From Candidatus Onthovivens sp. (GTDB lineage: Bacteria > Bacillota_I > Bacilli_A > RFN20 > CAG-826), in NCBI GenBank assembly GCA_048405595.1, contig DBFJOT010000010.1, positions 71,578 through 135,577 on the forward strand: DNA of 64,000 nucleotides. Direction: 5' to 3'. Of the stretch, positions 26,991 through 37,207 are shown in pieces. The notes under the pieces were generated by a model that ran no database searches, was not told the origin of the DNA, and was given only the letters and a program-made list of their open reading frames with translations. The translations under genes were made by a program, and so were the position numbers. Within the stretch, counting starts at the first letter, position 1; each line of letters starts with the position of its first letter.

Positions 26991-27599
26991 TTAATATGTC
27001 CAGAAATCTGAACCAACTTTATATTCATTATTTAGCTCTAAAAGTCCACGTTTTCCTTCATAGCCTTCAAGATTTAATTCTCTACCTGAACAAAGCATAC
27101 CTGAACTTGCTACACCTAATAATTTATCTGGGACAATTTGATGTCCATTAGGCATAAATGTATAAGGCAATGCGCATACACAAATCAAATCTTCTCTAGC
27201 ATTAAATGCGCCACAAACAATTTGAAGTGGTTCTTTATCACCAACATCAACTTTACAAATATGGAGATGGTCGCTATCTGGATGTTCTTCTATTTCAACA
27301 ATTTTAGCAACTCTAAATCCACTTTCTTTTTGTAATTCAAGTTTTGGAAGTCCTGCATTTTCTAAAACGTGATTTATAACATCTAAAATTTGTTCATTAA
27401 CAAGAGGAATAAATCCTTTAGCTTTAATTTTGATAATTTTTGAAATATCAAAAATATTAACTCCAACTAATGTATCGTTTTTATATAAAATTGCGACATT
27501 GTCTTTTTTATCACATCTATCTGGAGTTGCTTGACTATCAATGACAATCATTAAAACATCACCAATAGTTTCATAATCATAATATAAAGCGTATTTCAT
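26991..27599 (-). CDS. tRNA-binding-domain protein (YtpR/CsaA-like)
   Basis: The C-terminal OB-fold tRNA-binding motif RVAKIVEIEEHPDSDHLHICKVDVG resembles the PheT/EMAP-type domain. 202 aa. Confidence 0.7.
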   Translation of the reverse strand: MKYALYYDYETIGDVLMIVIDSQATPDRCDKKDNVAILYKNDTLVGVNIFDISKIIKIKAKGFIPLVNEQILDVINHVLENAGLPKLELQKESGFRVAKIVEIEEHPDSDHLHICKVDVGDKEPLQIVCGAFNAREDLICVCALPYTFMPNGHQIVPDKLLGVASSGMLCSGRELNLEGYEGKRGLLELNNEYKVGSDFWTY

Positions 27600-28267
27600 T
27601 ATTCTTCCTCCACGACTTCTTTAATTGTATCCTTAGTTTTCTTTAATACCAATCTTTTAATATTGATACCTTGAGTTTTATAACGAGTTTCATATTCAGT
27701 TAAAGCATCAAAAGAATCATAAGTTGTATAGTTTGTGTTATTCTCTAAAATTTCCCATTTATATCTTTCAAATTGTTCTAATGAATATTCATAAAGTTCT
27801 TGATTATCACTTTTGAAGCGAATAATTCCGTTTTCTTTAATAATTTTTGCATATTCAACTAAGAACAAATCATGAGTCAATCTTCTTTTAGTGTGACGTT
27901 TTTTAGGCCATGGGTCGCTAAAATTCAAGAACAAACCTTCGAAAGCATCGCTTTGAAGGATATCGCGTAATTTATAAAAATTTCCATAAAATAATTTTAC
28001 GTTTGTTAGTTCACTTTCATCGATTTTTTTAAGTGCAATTCCACAAATTGTAGGATTAAGTTCACAAACTAAAAAGTTATATTCAGGATGCTCTCTTGCG
28101 ATTTGAAGAATAAATTGTCCTTTTCCAGGCCCAATTTCTAAATACGTTGGTCTTGATTTAACATAATCAAGCATCGCTTTTTTAGATTCTTCTTTATCAA
28201 TGACAAATTGATTTTTAAATTCGCTATTTAAATAAGCAACTGCTTTAGCATTATATTTAGTTCTCAT
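27599..28267 (-). CDS. trmB: tRNA (guanine46-N7)-methyltransferase
   Basis: 222 aa. SAM motif LEIGPGKGQF and TrmB motif FSDPWPKKRHTKRRL. Confidence 0.88.
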   Translation of the reverse strand: MRTKYNAKAVAYLNSEFKNQFVIDKEESKKAMLDYVKSRPTYLEIGPGKGQFILQIAREHPEYNFLVCELNPTICGIALKKIDESELTNVKLFYGNFYKLRDILQSDAFEGLFLNFSDPWPKKRHTKRRLTHDLFLVEYAKIIKENGIIRFKSDNQELYEYSLEQFERYKWEILENNTNYTTYDSFDALTEYETRYKTQGINIKRLVLKKTKDTIKEVVEEE

Positions 28268-29624
28268 CTTTTAATGTTCCTAAAGCATAGATTGCATGGG
28301 CATAAATTGGCATTGAGTTATAAAAATCATCTAAATCAATCTTTTCATTTGCTTCATGAATGTGATCAACTTTTTCAGGGAAGCAGCTACCAAAAGCTAC
28401 AGTATTTCTAGCTTCTTTAGCGTAAGTTCCTCCTCCAATTGCCATTGGTTTATGGGTTGTATCACCTGTTTCTTCAACATAAACTTCATAAAGTTTTTTA
28501 ATGAAAGGAGTTGTTTCAGGATTGAAATAAAGATATGGAGTTTTTGATAAAACAGTTACAGGTAATGGTGAACATGCCTTAACTTTTTCAATAACTTCGT
28601 CTGGATTACAATTTTCAGGATGTCTAAAGTTAACTGTCATTGAGAAAATTCCATCTTTATAAGAGATTAAACCAACATTGTAAGTTGTTTTACCCATGTC
28701 TTTACTTTCATATTTAACATGCATATTTTGACCATTATAATCGCCATATTCATTAGCTAAAAGTGTTAACATTGGGTTATTATAAACTTCACCTAAGACA
28801 TCAAGAGCGATAATTCCACTATTAATTCCTAATTCTGGAAGTGAACCATGAGCTGATTTACCAATAAAATTGAAAGTATTTTCATCAATTCTTTCATAAT
28901 TTACTTTATCAGCTGTCTTTAAATATTCTTCTAATTTTTCTGGTTCAGTAACTTTAACAATTGCTTTATCAATAACACTATTTGATACAACACCCGCTTC
29001 GATTGAGATAACGTTATTTAATTCTAATTTTCCTTCATGTTTATAGTTGCAAATACCTTTTTCACCATAAATTAATGGAAATTCAGCATCTGGAGTAAAT
29101 CCATAAGTTGGATATTCTTTCTTTAAATGTTCAAAATAATAACTTAAACATGATGAACCTCTTTCTTCGTCACCGCCTAAAACAAGCTTGACTCTAAAAT
29201 TATTGATGAGCCCATTATCTTTCAATGCCTTTAAAGCATAATAAGCACTGATTCCTGGACCTTTATCGTCACTTGTTCCTCTACCATACATTCTATTTTC
29301 TTCTTTATCGATGTAAGCACTAAATGGATCGTGTTTCCATTCTCCACTAATTGGGACAACATCTTGGTGAGCAAAAATTCCAATTAATCTTTCACCTTCT
29401 CCACAACTAATTTCGATACATCTTCCATCACACATATCAACTTCAAAACCATCTTTTAAAGCTAATTCTCTTAAAAATTTAAAACATTCGCTGACGCCTT
29501 TTCCATAAGGTGCTTCTATAGAGACAGTTGTAGGATCATAAACACTATTAATTTTGATATCTTCACTTAACGTTTTTAAAGCTTCTTCTTTATAACTTTC
29601 ACAAATCTTTTTAAAATCTATCAT
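28257..29624 (-). CDS. M20-family dipeptidase (PepV / Sapep-like)
   Basis: Metal-ligand motifs AHQDVVP, GRGTSDDKGP and GGDEERG. 455 aa. Confidence 0.82.
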   Translation of the reverse strand: MIDFKKICESYKEEALKTLSEDIKINSVYDPTTVSIEAPYGKGVSECFKFLRELALKDGFEVDMCDGRCIEISCGEGERLIGIFAHQDVVPISGEWKHDPFSAYIDKEENRMYGRGTSDDKGPGISAYYALKALKDNGLINNFRVKLVLGGDEERGSSCLSYYFEHLKKEYPTYGFTPDAEFPLIYGEKGICNYKHEGKLELNNVISIEAGVVSNSVIDKAIVKVTEPEKLEEYLKTADKVNYERIDENTFNFIGKSAHGSLPELGINSGIIALDVLGEVYNNPMLTLLANEYGDYNGQNMHVKYESKDMGKTTYNVGLISYKDGIFSMTVNFRHPENCNPDEVIEKVKACSPLPVTVLSKTPYLYFNPETTPFIKKLYEVYVEETGDTTHKPMAIGGGTYAKEARNTVAFGSCFPEKVDHIHEANEKIDLDDFYNSMPIYAHAIYALGTLKDEN

Positions 29625-29774
29625 GTTAACTTTTCTCCTCTAAATCTTTTATATTATAAACTATGTTTATAATTTTATTCATTAAAAATAATAACGATTA
29701 AATGTATTGTTTTAACAAAAATTAGATAAGAAAAATCCAAGTTTGTTTCACCTTGGATTTTTTCGTTTTATAAA

Positions 29775-30545
29775 TTATTTCAAATAAAACAATGTTAGGA
29801 TTGTAACTGATAAAGCAATTACTAAGATAATGCTAGCACCAATCATTAGATAAACATTGGATTTCTTTAGTTTTATATCTCCACTTCCTACATACTCAAC
29901 AACATTTAACTTATAGAAATTCATTGGCATTTTTTCATATGCATATAAACTTGAAACAGTTGGTACAAGAACGATTGAAGCAGCAGCTTCACATACAGTT
30001 CCAGGAGCAATAAAAGCTAAAATAAAGTTTCCAAACGAACCAAAAGCAGCTTCATTAGCTTCAATAATATCCATCATTCCTAAAGCTTGACTTATTTTAA
30101 ATATATCTAAATATCCAAATATATATAAGCAACTAAGTGTTAAAAAAGTATGGAAGATGGTCAAAATCCCTGCAATTGGGGCGCAAATTGTTAAGAAAAG
30201 ATTTTTATCAAGTCTTTTTCTAAAATAATCAAAGACACATCCACTAATAAACCCAAAGAGAACTCTAGGCAAAACACTAACGAAAGGATTAACAAAAAGA
30301 TAGTTGATAGTTGATGGATAACTTAAAGAAACAAGTAAACTAAAAATACCAAAGAACAATCCAAAAAGTGCTCCTTTCCATTTACCAAAAATCATTGCGC
30401 CAATTAAAACAATGACATGGATTGTAGTAAAGCTAATTGGTCCAATAGTGATATATCCTAAATTTGGGATATATGAAAACCCAATAATTAAAGCTAAAAA
30501 TAAAGCACTGACACTTATATTCAATAATGTTTTTCTATTTTGCAT
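29775..30545 (-). CDS. ECF-transporter substrate-specific (S) component, possibly pantothenate (PanT-like)
   Basis: 256 aa with about 6-7 TM helices. Typical S-component N-terminus (ISVSALFLALIIGFSYIPNLGYITIGP...TTIHVIVLIGAMIFG). Immediately downstream of coaX (3-nt gap). Confidence 0.55.
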   Translation of the reverse strand: MQNRKTLLNISVSALFLALIIGFSYIPNLGYITIGPISFTTIHVIVLIGAMIFGKWKGALFGLFFGIFSLLVSLSYPSTINYLFVNPFVSVLPRVLFGFISGCVFDYFRKRLDKNLFLTICAPIAGILTIFHTFLTLSCLYIFGYLDIFKISQALGMMDIIEANEAAFGSFGNFILAFIAPGTVCEAAASIVLVPTVSSLYAYEKMPMNFYKLNVVEYVGSGDIKLKKSNVYLMIGASIILVIALSVTILTLFYLK

Positions 30546-30548
30546 ATC

Positions 30549-31298
30549 TTAAATTCCTCTATTTAAATCATAAATTTTATAAAGACCTTTTAAGACAAGA
30601 TTTTCATCATATTCAAAGCAAACAATCTCATCTTTAATTTCTTCAGCAAAGCCACCTGTTAGAACTCTTTTCAATTCATATCCAAGTTCTTTTTCAATAC
30701 GTCTCGCGAATTCACTAACCATATAAGCTTGACCAAAAACAATTCCAGATTGTATGCAATCTTTAGTATTTGTTCCTAATATTTTGCTTGGAGCAATAAT
30801 TGGAGTTTCTAAAAGTTGAGCAGTATTTCCAACTAATGCTTTTAAAGAAATTTGCATACCTGCTGTAATAACTCCTCCAATAAATGCACCATTTTTATCA
30901 ACTACATAAAGTTTTGTTGCTGTACCTAAATCAGCAACAACAAAAGGATAAGAAACAATGTCTTTTGCTCCAATAGCTCCAGCCAACATATCGCTTCCTA
31001 ATTCATTTGGATTATCTATTTTAATAGGCATTTTAGTTTTTAATTTCTTTGATAAAATTAAAGCCTCAATTCCAAAAGAAAGTTTTATTGCTTTTTTTAA
31101 TAATGGTGTAATTAAAGGGACAACACTACTTATAATTGCTCCTTCAACTTCACATTTAACAAGGCTAGAAATAGATAAAGCATATTCATCACTAGACTTG
31201 TTACGATCAGTTTTTAATTTGAAGACTTTAATAAGTTCTCCATTCTCAAAAAGACCGATTTTAATAGATGTGTTTCCACAATCAAAACATAAAATCAT
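30549..31298 (-). CDS. coaX: Type III pantothenate kinase
   Basis: MILCFDCGNTSIKIGLF (DxGNT motif) and ADLGTATK. I prefer the ATG at 31298 with AAGGAG 5 nt upstream. The ORF-track N-terminal 27 aa look spurious. Confidence 0.85.
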   Translation of the reverse strand: MILCFDCGNTSIKIGLFENGELIKVFKLKTDRNKSSDEYALSISSLVKCEVEGAIISSVVPLITPLLKKAIKLSFGIEALILSKKLKTKMPIKIDNPNELGSDMLAGAIGAKDIVSYPFVVADLGTATKLYVVDKNGAFIGGVITAGMQISLKALVGNTAQLLETPIIAPSKILGTNTKDCIQSGIVFGQAYMVSEFARRIEKELGYELKRVLTGGFAEEIKDEIVCFEYDENLVLKGLYKIYDLNRGI

Positions 31299-31390
31299 AA
31301 ATTCTCCTTCTACAGCCTTAAAAAGTGCCGTGAATATAACGTAGATATTAAAACATATTAAAAAGATAATGAAAACCAAAAATCTAATAA

Positions 31391-31415
31391 GGTGCCACCT
31401 AAAAAGGTTGGCACC
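31391..31415 (-). terminator. Strong GC-rich hairpin (terminator or attenuator-like) upstream of coaX
   Basis: On the minus strand GGTGCCAACC-TTTTT-AGGTGGCACC is followed by TTATTAGATTTTT. Its function is uncertain. It closes the long ORF-free spacer downstream of leuS. Confidence 0.45.
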
Positions 31416-32041
31416 AAAATATCCACATTAACGAAATTAGATATAAAATTTGTTTGATTCGTATTTATTCAAGTTTTAAAAAAATACATCGTTAAAAAGA
31501 ATACCTACTTTTGTGTTTACACAGAGTTACGCGCGGATTCTGTTACTTTAACGCTATGAACTTTTAATCTAACTAATTTATAAATCTTTAAATTTTTGCA
31601 GGTAGCAATACATAACTTTAATCACCTAATGGATAGACTGTATCTATTTTTGCAATAATAACTTTTGCTCCTACTATGAATTCAGTTTTATTTAATTGTT
31701 TAAAGTTTTTAATAGCTCTAAGATTAAAGTTATTGGCTATTATTAATTTCTTTCAGCAAACAATCGTGACAGTTTATTTTTTTAAAAATTAGTTGTATAG
31801 ACATTAATATAAATCAATTTCCCGTCCGATCATTAGCTGCCATCCTTGCCTCGAATACACACTTTATAACACTTTAATTTAATTAGTGATTATCATATAT
31901 ATTAGAAGGTGTAGAAACTATACATAAAAAGAAGGCAAAAGAAAAACGCCAATTCTTAATTCTTTAACGTCCAGATAACGGTGTCGTTAAAGCATCGATT
32001 GAATCGAATGAATTAGCGTTTTAATAAAATTATATGTTCAA

Positions 32042-34447
32042 TTAGTTTGCAACAATAGAAACAATTTTATTTTTAACAACAATAATTTTTCTAATTGTTT
32101 TACCTTCTAAATTACGTTTAATATTTTCACTAGATAAAGCAATTTCTTTTACTTTTTCATCATCTTCATCTTTTGAAACTTCAATAGTATCTCTTACTTT
32201 TCCATTAATTTGGACAGCCATTTTAACATTAGAAAGAACAGTTTTACTTTCATCATATGTTGGCCATGGTGCAAAAGTAATTAATTCTTCATGATGTAAG
32301 AATGTGTGATAAATCTCTTCTCCAACAAATGGACATAAGCAAGCAAACATCTTAATGAAGTTTTCTAAATAAGGAACATAAATCTTCTTAGCCTTATAAA
32401 CCTCATTGATGAAAATCATCATTTGAGCGATTGCTGTATTAAATTGTAAGTTTTCAAAATCTTGAGAGACTTTTTTAACTGTAACGTTATAAATATAGTC
32501 TAACGAACCATCATTAGTTGTTACAAATTTACTTGTCATTTCTTGATTTTCAAAAATTCTATAAACACGGTCAATGAATTTTCTAGAACCTTCTAATCCA
32601 GTTGTTGACCAAGGTAAACTTGCTTCAAGTGGCCCCATAAACATTTCGTAAAGTCTTAATGTATCAGCACCATATTGTTCAATAATATCATCTGGATTAA
32701 TAACGTTTCCTCTAGACTTTGACATTTTTTCGCCATTAGGACCTAAAATCATACCTTGGTGGAATAATTTTTTGAATGGTTCAGTTGATGAAACTACGCC
32801 ATTATCATATAAGAATTTATGCCAGAAACGAGCATAAAGTAAGTGTAAAACAGCGTGCTCTTGTCCACCAATATATAAATCTACTGGTAACCAGTGGTCT
32901 AATAACTTTTTATCACCTATCGCATTATCGTTATGTGGATCAATATAACGGATATAATACCAACAACTTCCTGCCCATTGAGGCATTGTATTTGTTTCTA
33001 AAGTAACTTTTTTACCATCAAGAGTTGTATGCAACCAATTTGTAGCATTAGCTAAAGGCGATTCACCAGTTCCACTTGGCTTATATTCATCAAGTTCAGG
33101 TAAAGTTAATGGAAGCATGTCGTCTGGTATTCTAACCAATTCATTTGTTTCATCAACTGTAGCAATTGGGATTGGTTCACCCCAATATCTTTGACGTGAG
33201 AATAACCAGTCTCTTAATTTATAGTTAATTTTGTAATTTCCACTATTAAGTTCGATAAGTTTATCTGTAACAGCACGTTTCGCTTCTTTAATGTTCATGC
33301 CATTAATGAAATCGCTATTTATATGTTTACTATCTCCAGTAAACGCAGCTTTACTAATATCTCCTTCTAAAACTTGTTTGATAGGTAAATTATATTTTGT
33401 AGCAAAAGCATAATCTCTTTCATCGTGAGCTGGAACCGCCATAACTGCGCCACTTCCATAACTTGCTAAAACATAGTCAGCAATAAAAATAGGGACTTCT
33501 GCACCATTTATTGGGTTAATTGCGTATCTTCCAATAAAAACACCTGTCTTATCTTTGTTGAGTTCTGTTCTATCGAGATCACTTTTATGCGAAACTTCAT
33601 CGATATATTTTAATACTTCAGCTTCTTGTTCTTTAGTTACTAATTCTTTAACAAGTGGATGTTCAGGTGCTAAGCAACAATATGAGCATCCAAATAAAGT
33701 ATCAGCTCTTGTGGTGAAGACTTTAAATGTTTTGTCACTATCTTTGATTTTAAAGATGACTTCGGTTCCTTCACTTTTACCAATCCAGTTTCTTTGAAGT
33801 TCAATAGTTGAATTTGGCCAATCGAGACCTTCTAAATCGTTAGCTAATCTATCGGCATATTCAGTGATTTTTAACATCCATTGTCTCATAGGTTTTCTAA
33901 TGACAGGATATCCACCTCTTTCACTTTTACCATCGATTACTTCTTCATTAGCCAAAACTGTTCCAAGTTCCGGACACCAGTTAACTGGCTTATAGTCAAC
34001 ATAAGCTAAACCTTTATCAAACATTTTAGCGAAAATCCATTGTGTCCATTTATAATATTTTGGATCACAGGTCATAATTTCGCGATCATAATCATAACTA
34101 AATCCTAAAGCTTGGATTTGTCTTCTAAAATTGGCAATGTTTTTTAATGTAAATCCTTCTGGATGTTCATTCATTTTCATTGCATATTGTTCAGCAGGTA
34201 AACCAAAAGCATCCCATCCGATTGGATGAAGGACATTAAATCCTTGCATTCTTTTCATACGGCAAACAACATCAGTTGCTGTATATCCTTCTGGATGACC
34301 AACATGAAGTCCTTGTCCACTTGGATAAGGGAACATATCTAAGGCATAGTATTTTGGTTTTGAAAAATCATAAGTATCGCAACGATATTCTTTTCTATCT
34401 AACCAAACTTTCAACCATTTTTGTTCAGTAACTTTATGATCGTACAT
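32042..34447 (-). CDS. leuS: Leucine--tRNA ligase
   Basis: 801 aa. HIGH motif ([14 protein letters not shown]), KMSKS motif present exactly ([10 protein letters not shown]), and a CP1 editing domain. Confidence 0.95.
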   Translation of the reverse strand: MYDHKVTEQKWLKVWLDRKEYRCDTYDFSKPKYYALDMFPYPSGQGLHVGHPEGYTATDVVCRMKRMQGFNVLHPIGWDAFGLPAEQYAMKMNEHPEGFTLKNIANFRRQIQALGFSYDYDREIMTCDPKYYKWTQWIFAKMFDKGLAYVDYKPVNWCPELGTVLANEEVIDGKSERGGYPVIRKPMRQWMLKITEYADRLANDLEGLDWPNSTIELQRNWIGKSEGTEVIFKIKDSDKTFKVFTTRADTLFGCSYCCLAPEHPLVKELVTKEQEAEVLKYIDEVSHKSDLDRTELNKDKTGVFIGRYAINPINGAEVPIFIADYVLASYGSGAVMAVPAHDERDYAFATKYNLPIKQVLEGDISKAAFTGDSKHINSDFINGMNIKEAKRAVTDKLIELNSGNYKINYKLRDWLFSRQRYWGEPIPIATVDETNELVRIPDDMLPLTLPELDEYKPSGTGESPLANATNWLHTTLDGKKVTLETNTMPQWAGSCWYYIRYIDPHNDNAIGDKKLLDHWLPVDLYIGGQEHAVLHLLYARFWHKFLYDNGVVSSTEPFKKLFHQGMILGPNGEKMSKSRGNVINPDDIIEQYGADTLRLYEMFMGPLEASLPWSTTGLEGSRKFIDRVYRIFENQEMTSKFVTTNDGSLDYIYNVTVKKVSQDFENLQFNTAIAQMMIFINEVYKAKKIYVPYLENFIKMFACLCPFVGEEIYHTFLHHEELITFAPWPTYDESKTVLSNVKMAVQINGKVRDTIEVSKDEDDEKVKEIALSSENIKRNLEGKTIRKIIVVKNKIVSIVAN

Positions 34448-34656
34448 GTTTATTCCTCCTTTGAATTAAAAAACGTCCTTAAAACAAATTGTCTAAGGAC
34501 GCAATATTTACGCGGTACCACCTTAGTTCATTCAAATGAATGCACTTAATTTAGTATTTTATTAAATTCGATGTGAGACTTTAAGAACGATGTACTAGTT
34601 TTCACCAACCACTAGCTCTCTAAAACATGAATCTTAAATTATTCATCTACAATATT
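34448..34656 (-). promoter_or_regulatory. T-box riboswitch leader (Leu) controlling leuS
   Basis: On the minus strand: Stem I AG-bay AGAGAG with distal loop GGTTGGTGAAA, T-box sequence GGTGGTACCGCG (34522-34511), and terminator CGTCCTTA...TAAGGACG (34501-34474) followed by TTTTTT. A candidate CUU specifier followed by A lies at 34585-34583. Confidence 0.8.
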
Positions 34657-36090
34657 CTACAAGCAACTTTTATAAAGTTCAACGTATTCTAATGCTGAAG
34701 TTCTCCAGCTATGATCGCAAGTAATTGCATTAAGAACTAAACGATCAAATTCACGTTGTTTGTAGTTATAAAGAATTAAGGATTGAGCAGCAACTGTAAT
34801 TGCATCAACTACAGAATAGTTATCAAATCCAAAACCATCAGCAACATCACTGTTATCACGAGCGAAGTTATATGGTTTAACACTATCTTTTAATCCACCA
34901 GTTCTTCTAACGATTGGTAAAGTACCATAACGTTGAGCAATCATTTGACCTAATCCACATGGTTCAAATGCACTAGGCATAATAAAGAAATCACTAGCAA
35001 CATAATATTTATGAGCTAATTCATTGTTATATCCGATATAAATTTTGCATGTGTCAGGATATCTTTGATAAAGATTGTTGAACCAATCTTCAGCCCATTT
35101 ATCACCACTTCCTAAAAGACAGAAAATTCCACCGCTAGAAAGGATAAATTCAGCCATTGCCATGATTAAATCTAAACCTTTTTGGTCTGTTAATCTTGAG
35201 ACAACACTATAAATTGGTTTTTCTGGATCGAGTTTGAATTCTTTACAGAAAGCAACTTTATTAGCTCTTTTGCCTTGTTTTCTGTTTCTGTTATTAAATT
35301 TTACGTAAATGTAAGGATCTTTACAGTGGTTGAATTCTTTATAATCCATACCATTAATGATTCCTTTGAAGTCGTTTCTTCTTAAAGTTAAATCATACCA
35401 AAGACCTTTACTCCCTTCTGGAGTTAAAAGTTCTTCAGCGTGAGTTGGAGAAACTGTTGTAATTCTATTAGCGTAACGAATTCCAGCTTTTAATGTTGAA
35501 ACAGCGTTATCGAGTCTAACATATCCCTTTTCATATAAGCTATAATCTAATTCATATAAGTCATATAAACTTTCTGGATTAAAGTAGCCTTTAAATAATG
35601 GATTATGAATTGTTAAAATAGTTTTAACGTTTCCAAGTTTTTCATCCCATTCATATTTAGTTCTTAATAAGCAAGGTAACATTGCTGTTTGCCAATCATG
35701 AACATGTAAAATATCGATTTTTGATGAGTAGCGTTTCATAAATTCGATGACTGCTAAATTGAAGAAAGCAAATCTTTCTCCGTCATCAAAATAACCATAT
35801 AATCCACCATTTCTTCTAAAATAATAATCATTACCAACAAAGTAATAATCAATATTATCGTGAACTAAGTGTAAAATATCAGCCTTTATATGTCTCCAGT
35901 TCATTTTGACATCAATGCTATAAAGATATTTTACTTTATATTTTCTATCGAGTTCGTTATAGAAAGGGACAATTACTGAAACGTGATTGTCCATTTTTGC
36001 TAACTCACTACTTAAAGCGTAGCTAACATCTCCTAATCCACCTGTCTTAGAAAATGGTAAGCATTCGCTAGTTGCCATTAAAATTTCCAT
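34657..36090 (-). CDS. glgA: Glycogen synthase (ADP-glucose type)
   Basis: N-terminal ECLPFSKTGGLGDV motif and a GT5 C-terminal domain. I prefer the ATG at 36090, one nt after the glgD stop. The ORF-track extension overlaps glgD. Confidence 0.9.
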   Translation of the reverse strand: MEILMATSECLPFSKTGGLGDVSYALSSELAKMDNHVSVIVPFYNELDRKYKVKYLYSIDVKMNWRHIKADILHLVHDNIDYYFVGNDYYFRRNGGLYGYFDDGERFAFFNLAVIEFMKRYSSKIDILHVHDWQTAMLPCLLRTKYEWDEKLGNVKTILTIHNPLFKGYFNPESLYDLYELDYSLYEKGYVRLDNAVSTLKAGIRYANRITTVSPTHAEELLTPEGSKGLWYDLTLRRNDFKGIINGMDYKEFNHCKDPYIYVKFNNRNRKQGKRANKVAFCKEFKLDPEKPIYSVVSRLTDQKGLDLIMAMAEFILSSGGIFCLLGSGDKWAEDWFNNLYQRYPDTCKIYIGYNNELAHKYYVASDFFIMPSAFEPCGLGQMIAQRYGTLPIVRRTGGLKDSVKPYNFARDNSDVADGFGFDNYSVVDAITVAAQSLILYNYKQREFDRLVLNAITCDHSWRTSALEYVELYKSCL

Positions 36091-36091
36091 G

Positions 36092-37207
36092 TTATACATT
36101 AACTCCACGTGGGAAGTATAAAGGTGTTTCTTCAGTACCTTCCACATCTTTCTTTGATTTAAATACGACACGTTTGTCACAAACTACATTCTTTAAATGT
36201 ACACCAGTTTTTACAACTGAGTGAGTGAAAAGAATGCAATTTTCAACAACAGCACCTTCTTCAATAGTAACATCACGTGAGATGATTGAATTTTTAACAA
36301 TTCCATCAATTTTAGCTCCATTAGCTACGATTGAAGATGTAACTTTTGAATTTGGACCATATAAGACTGGTCTTGAGTTATGTGTCGTTGTGTAGAATGT
36401 CCATTCTGGATCATTTAAAAATTCCATTAATAATTCAGGACGACGGACAAATTCTAAGCTATTTTTAAAATATGATTCTAGAGAATTAACTAAAACGACT
36501 TCTCCTTCATATTTAATTGCGTGAATTTTACTAACATATTTAATGCAATATGTAAGTAATTCAGCAATTGAATAGCCTACTGAAATACTATCACTTAAAG
36601 AAAGTAATTCTTTAAGGAAAGCTTTATCAATAACTAAAACATTAATAGAAACTTCACATTCTCTATCATCGTTTGAAGTATATATTTTTTGAATATCACC
36701 TAAACTATCGATAGTGAATTTTTGAGCTAATGGATAATCATTTCCATTTTCAACGTGCATATAAAGTAATGATGCAAGTCTACCGCTCTCTTTATGTTCT
36801 TTCAAGATTTTTCTATAATCTACTTTTTTAACAAATGAAGGGTCACAAATTACAACATATTTAATTTTGTCATCATATAAGAAATAGTCATTTCCTTTGA
36901 TGTTATTTAAATCAGTGTTGTAAATTGGATTTAAAATGCCTTTTTCATTAATAAATAATGATAAAAAGCCTGTTTTAGGATTTGATAAATAAGCATTTGG
37001 GTTTGAAATATGCTTATTAATGCTATTTGGATGGTCTTTGACTAATACGCCAATATTATCAATTCCACTATTTGAGAAGTTTGATAAAGCGAAATCGATA
37101 AAAGCATATCTAGCTAAGAAAGTTGTTGATGCTAAAGGACGATCTTTCGTAAGTAAACCTAAAGTATTTGGTGAATATAAATCAATTAAAGCGACTACAT
37201 CGTTCAT
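36092..37207 (-). CDS. glgD: Glucose-1-phosphate adenylyltransferase, regulatory GlgD subunit
   Basis: 371 aa and GlgC-like, but it lacks the GGxGxRL motif. A left-handed beta-helix C-terminus is present. It lies between glgC and glgA, as in Firmicutes. Confidence 0.8.
   Translation of the reverse strand: MNDVVALIDLYSPNTLGLLTKDRPLASTTFLARYAFIDFALSNFSNSGIDNIGVLVKDHPNSINKHISNPNAYLSNPKTGFLSLFINEKGILNPIYNTDLNNIKGNDYFLYDDKIKYVVICDPSFVKKVDYRKILKEHKESGRLASLLYMHVENGNDYPLAQKFTIDSLGDIQKIYTSNDDRECEVSINVLVIDKAFLKELLSLSDSISVGYSIAELLTYCIKYVSKIHAIKYEGEVVLVNSLESYFKNSLEFVRRPELLMEFLNDPEWTFYTTTHNSRPVLYGPNSKVTSSIVANGAKIDGIVKNSIISRDVTIEEGAVVENCILFTHSVVKTGVHLKNVVCDKRVVFKSKKDVEGTEETPLYFPRGVNV

Noticed and set aside
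26900-27151. 83-aa plus-strand ORF spanning the terminator region and the 3' end of the ytpR-like gene.
   Set aside because: It crosses an intrinsic terminator, overlaps the ytpR-like gene antisense, and has a low-complexity sequence and no SD.
30958-31344. 128-aa plus-strand ORF antisense to coaX.
   Set aside because: It lies entirely within the well-supported coaX gene on the opposite strand, with no SD or promoter and a composition typical of antisense translation of a real gene.
31419-31427. DnaA-box-like ATATCCACA, raising the idea of a replication origin in the long spacer.
   Set aside because: It is a single 8/9 match with no cluster of boxes, no adjacent dnaA or dnaN and no AT-rich unwinding repeat array. 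Gene orientation does not switch here.
31299-32041. Tried to assign the long spacer to RNase P RNA, tmRNA, SRP (4.5S/scRNA) RNA or 5S rRNA.
   Set aside because: I could not find the universally conserved GAGGAAAGTCC (RNase P P4), a GGGG...tRNA-like CCACCA end or tag ORF (tmRNA), the GGAAGCAGC helix-8 motif (SRP), or 5S-like sequence on either strand. The partial resemblances (ACAGAATCCGC, GGCAGCTAATGATCGG) are too weak.
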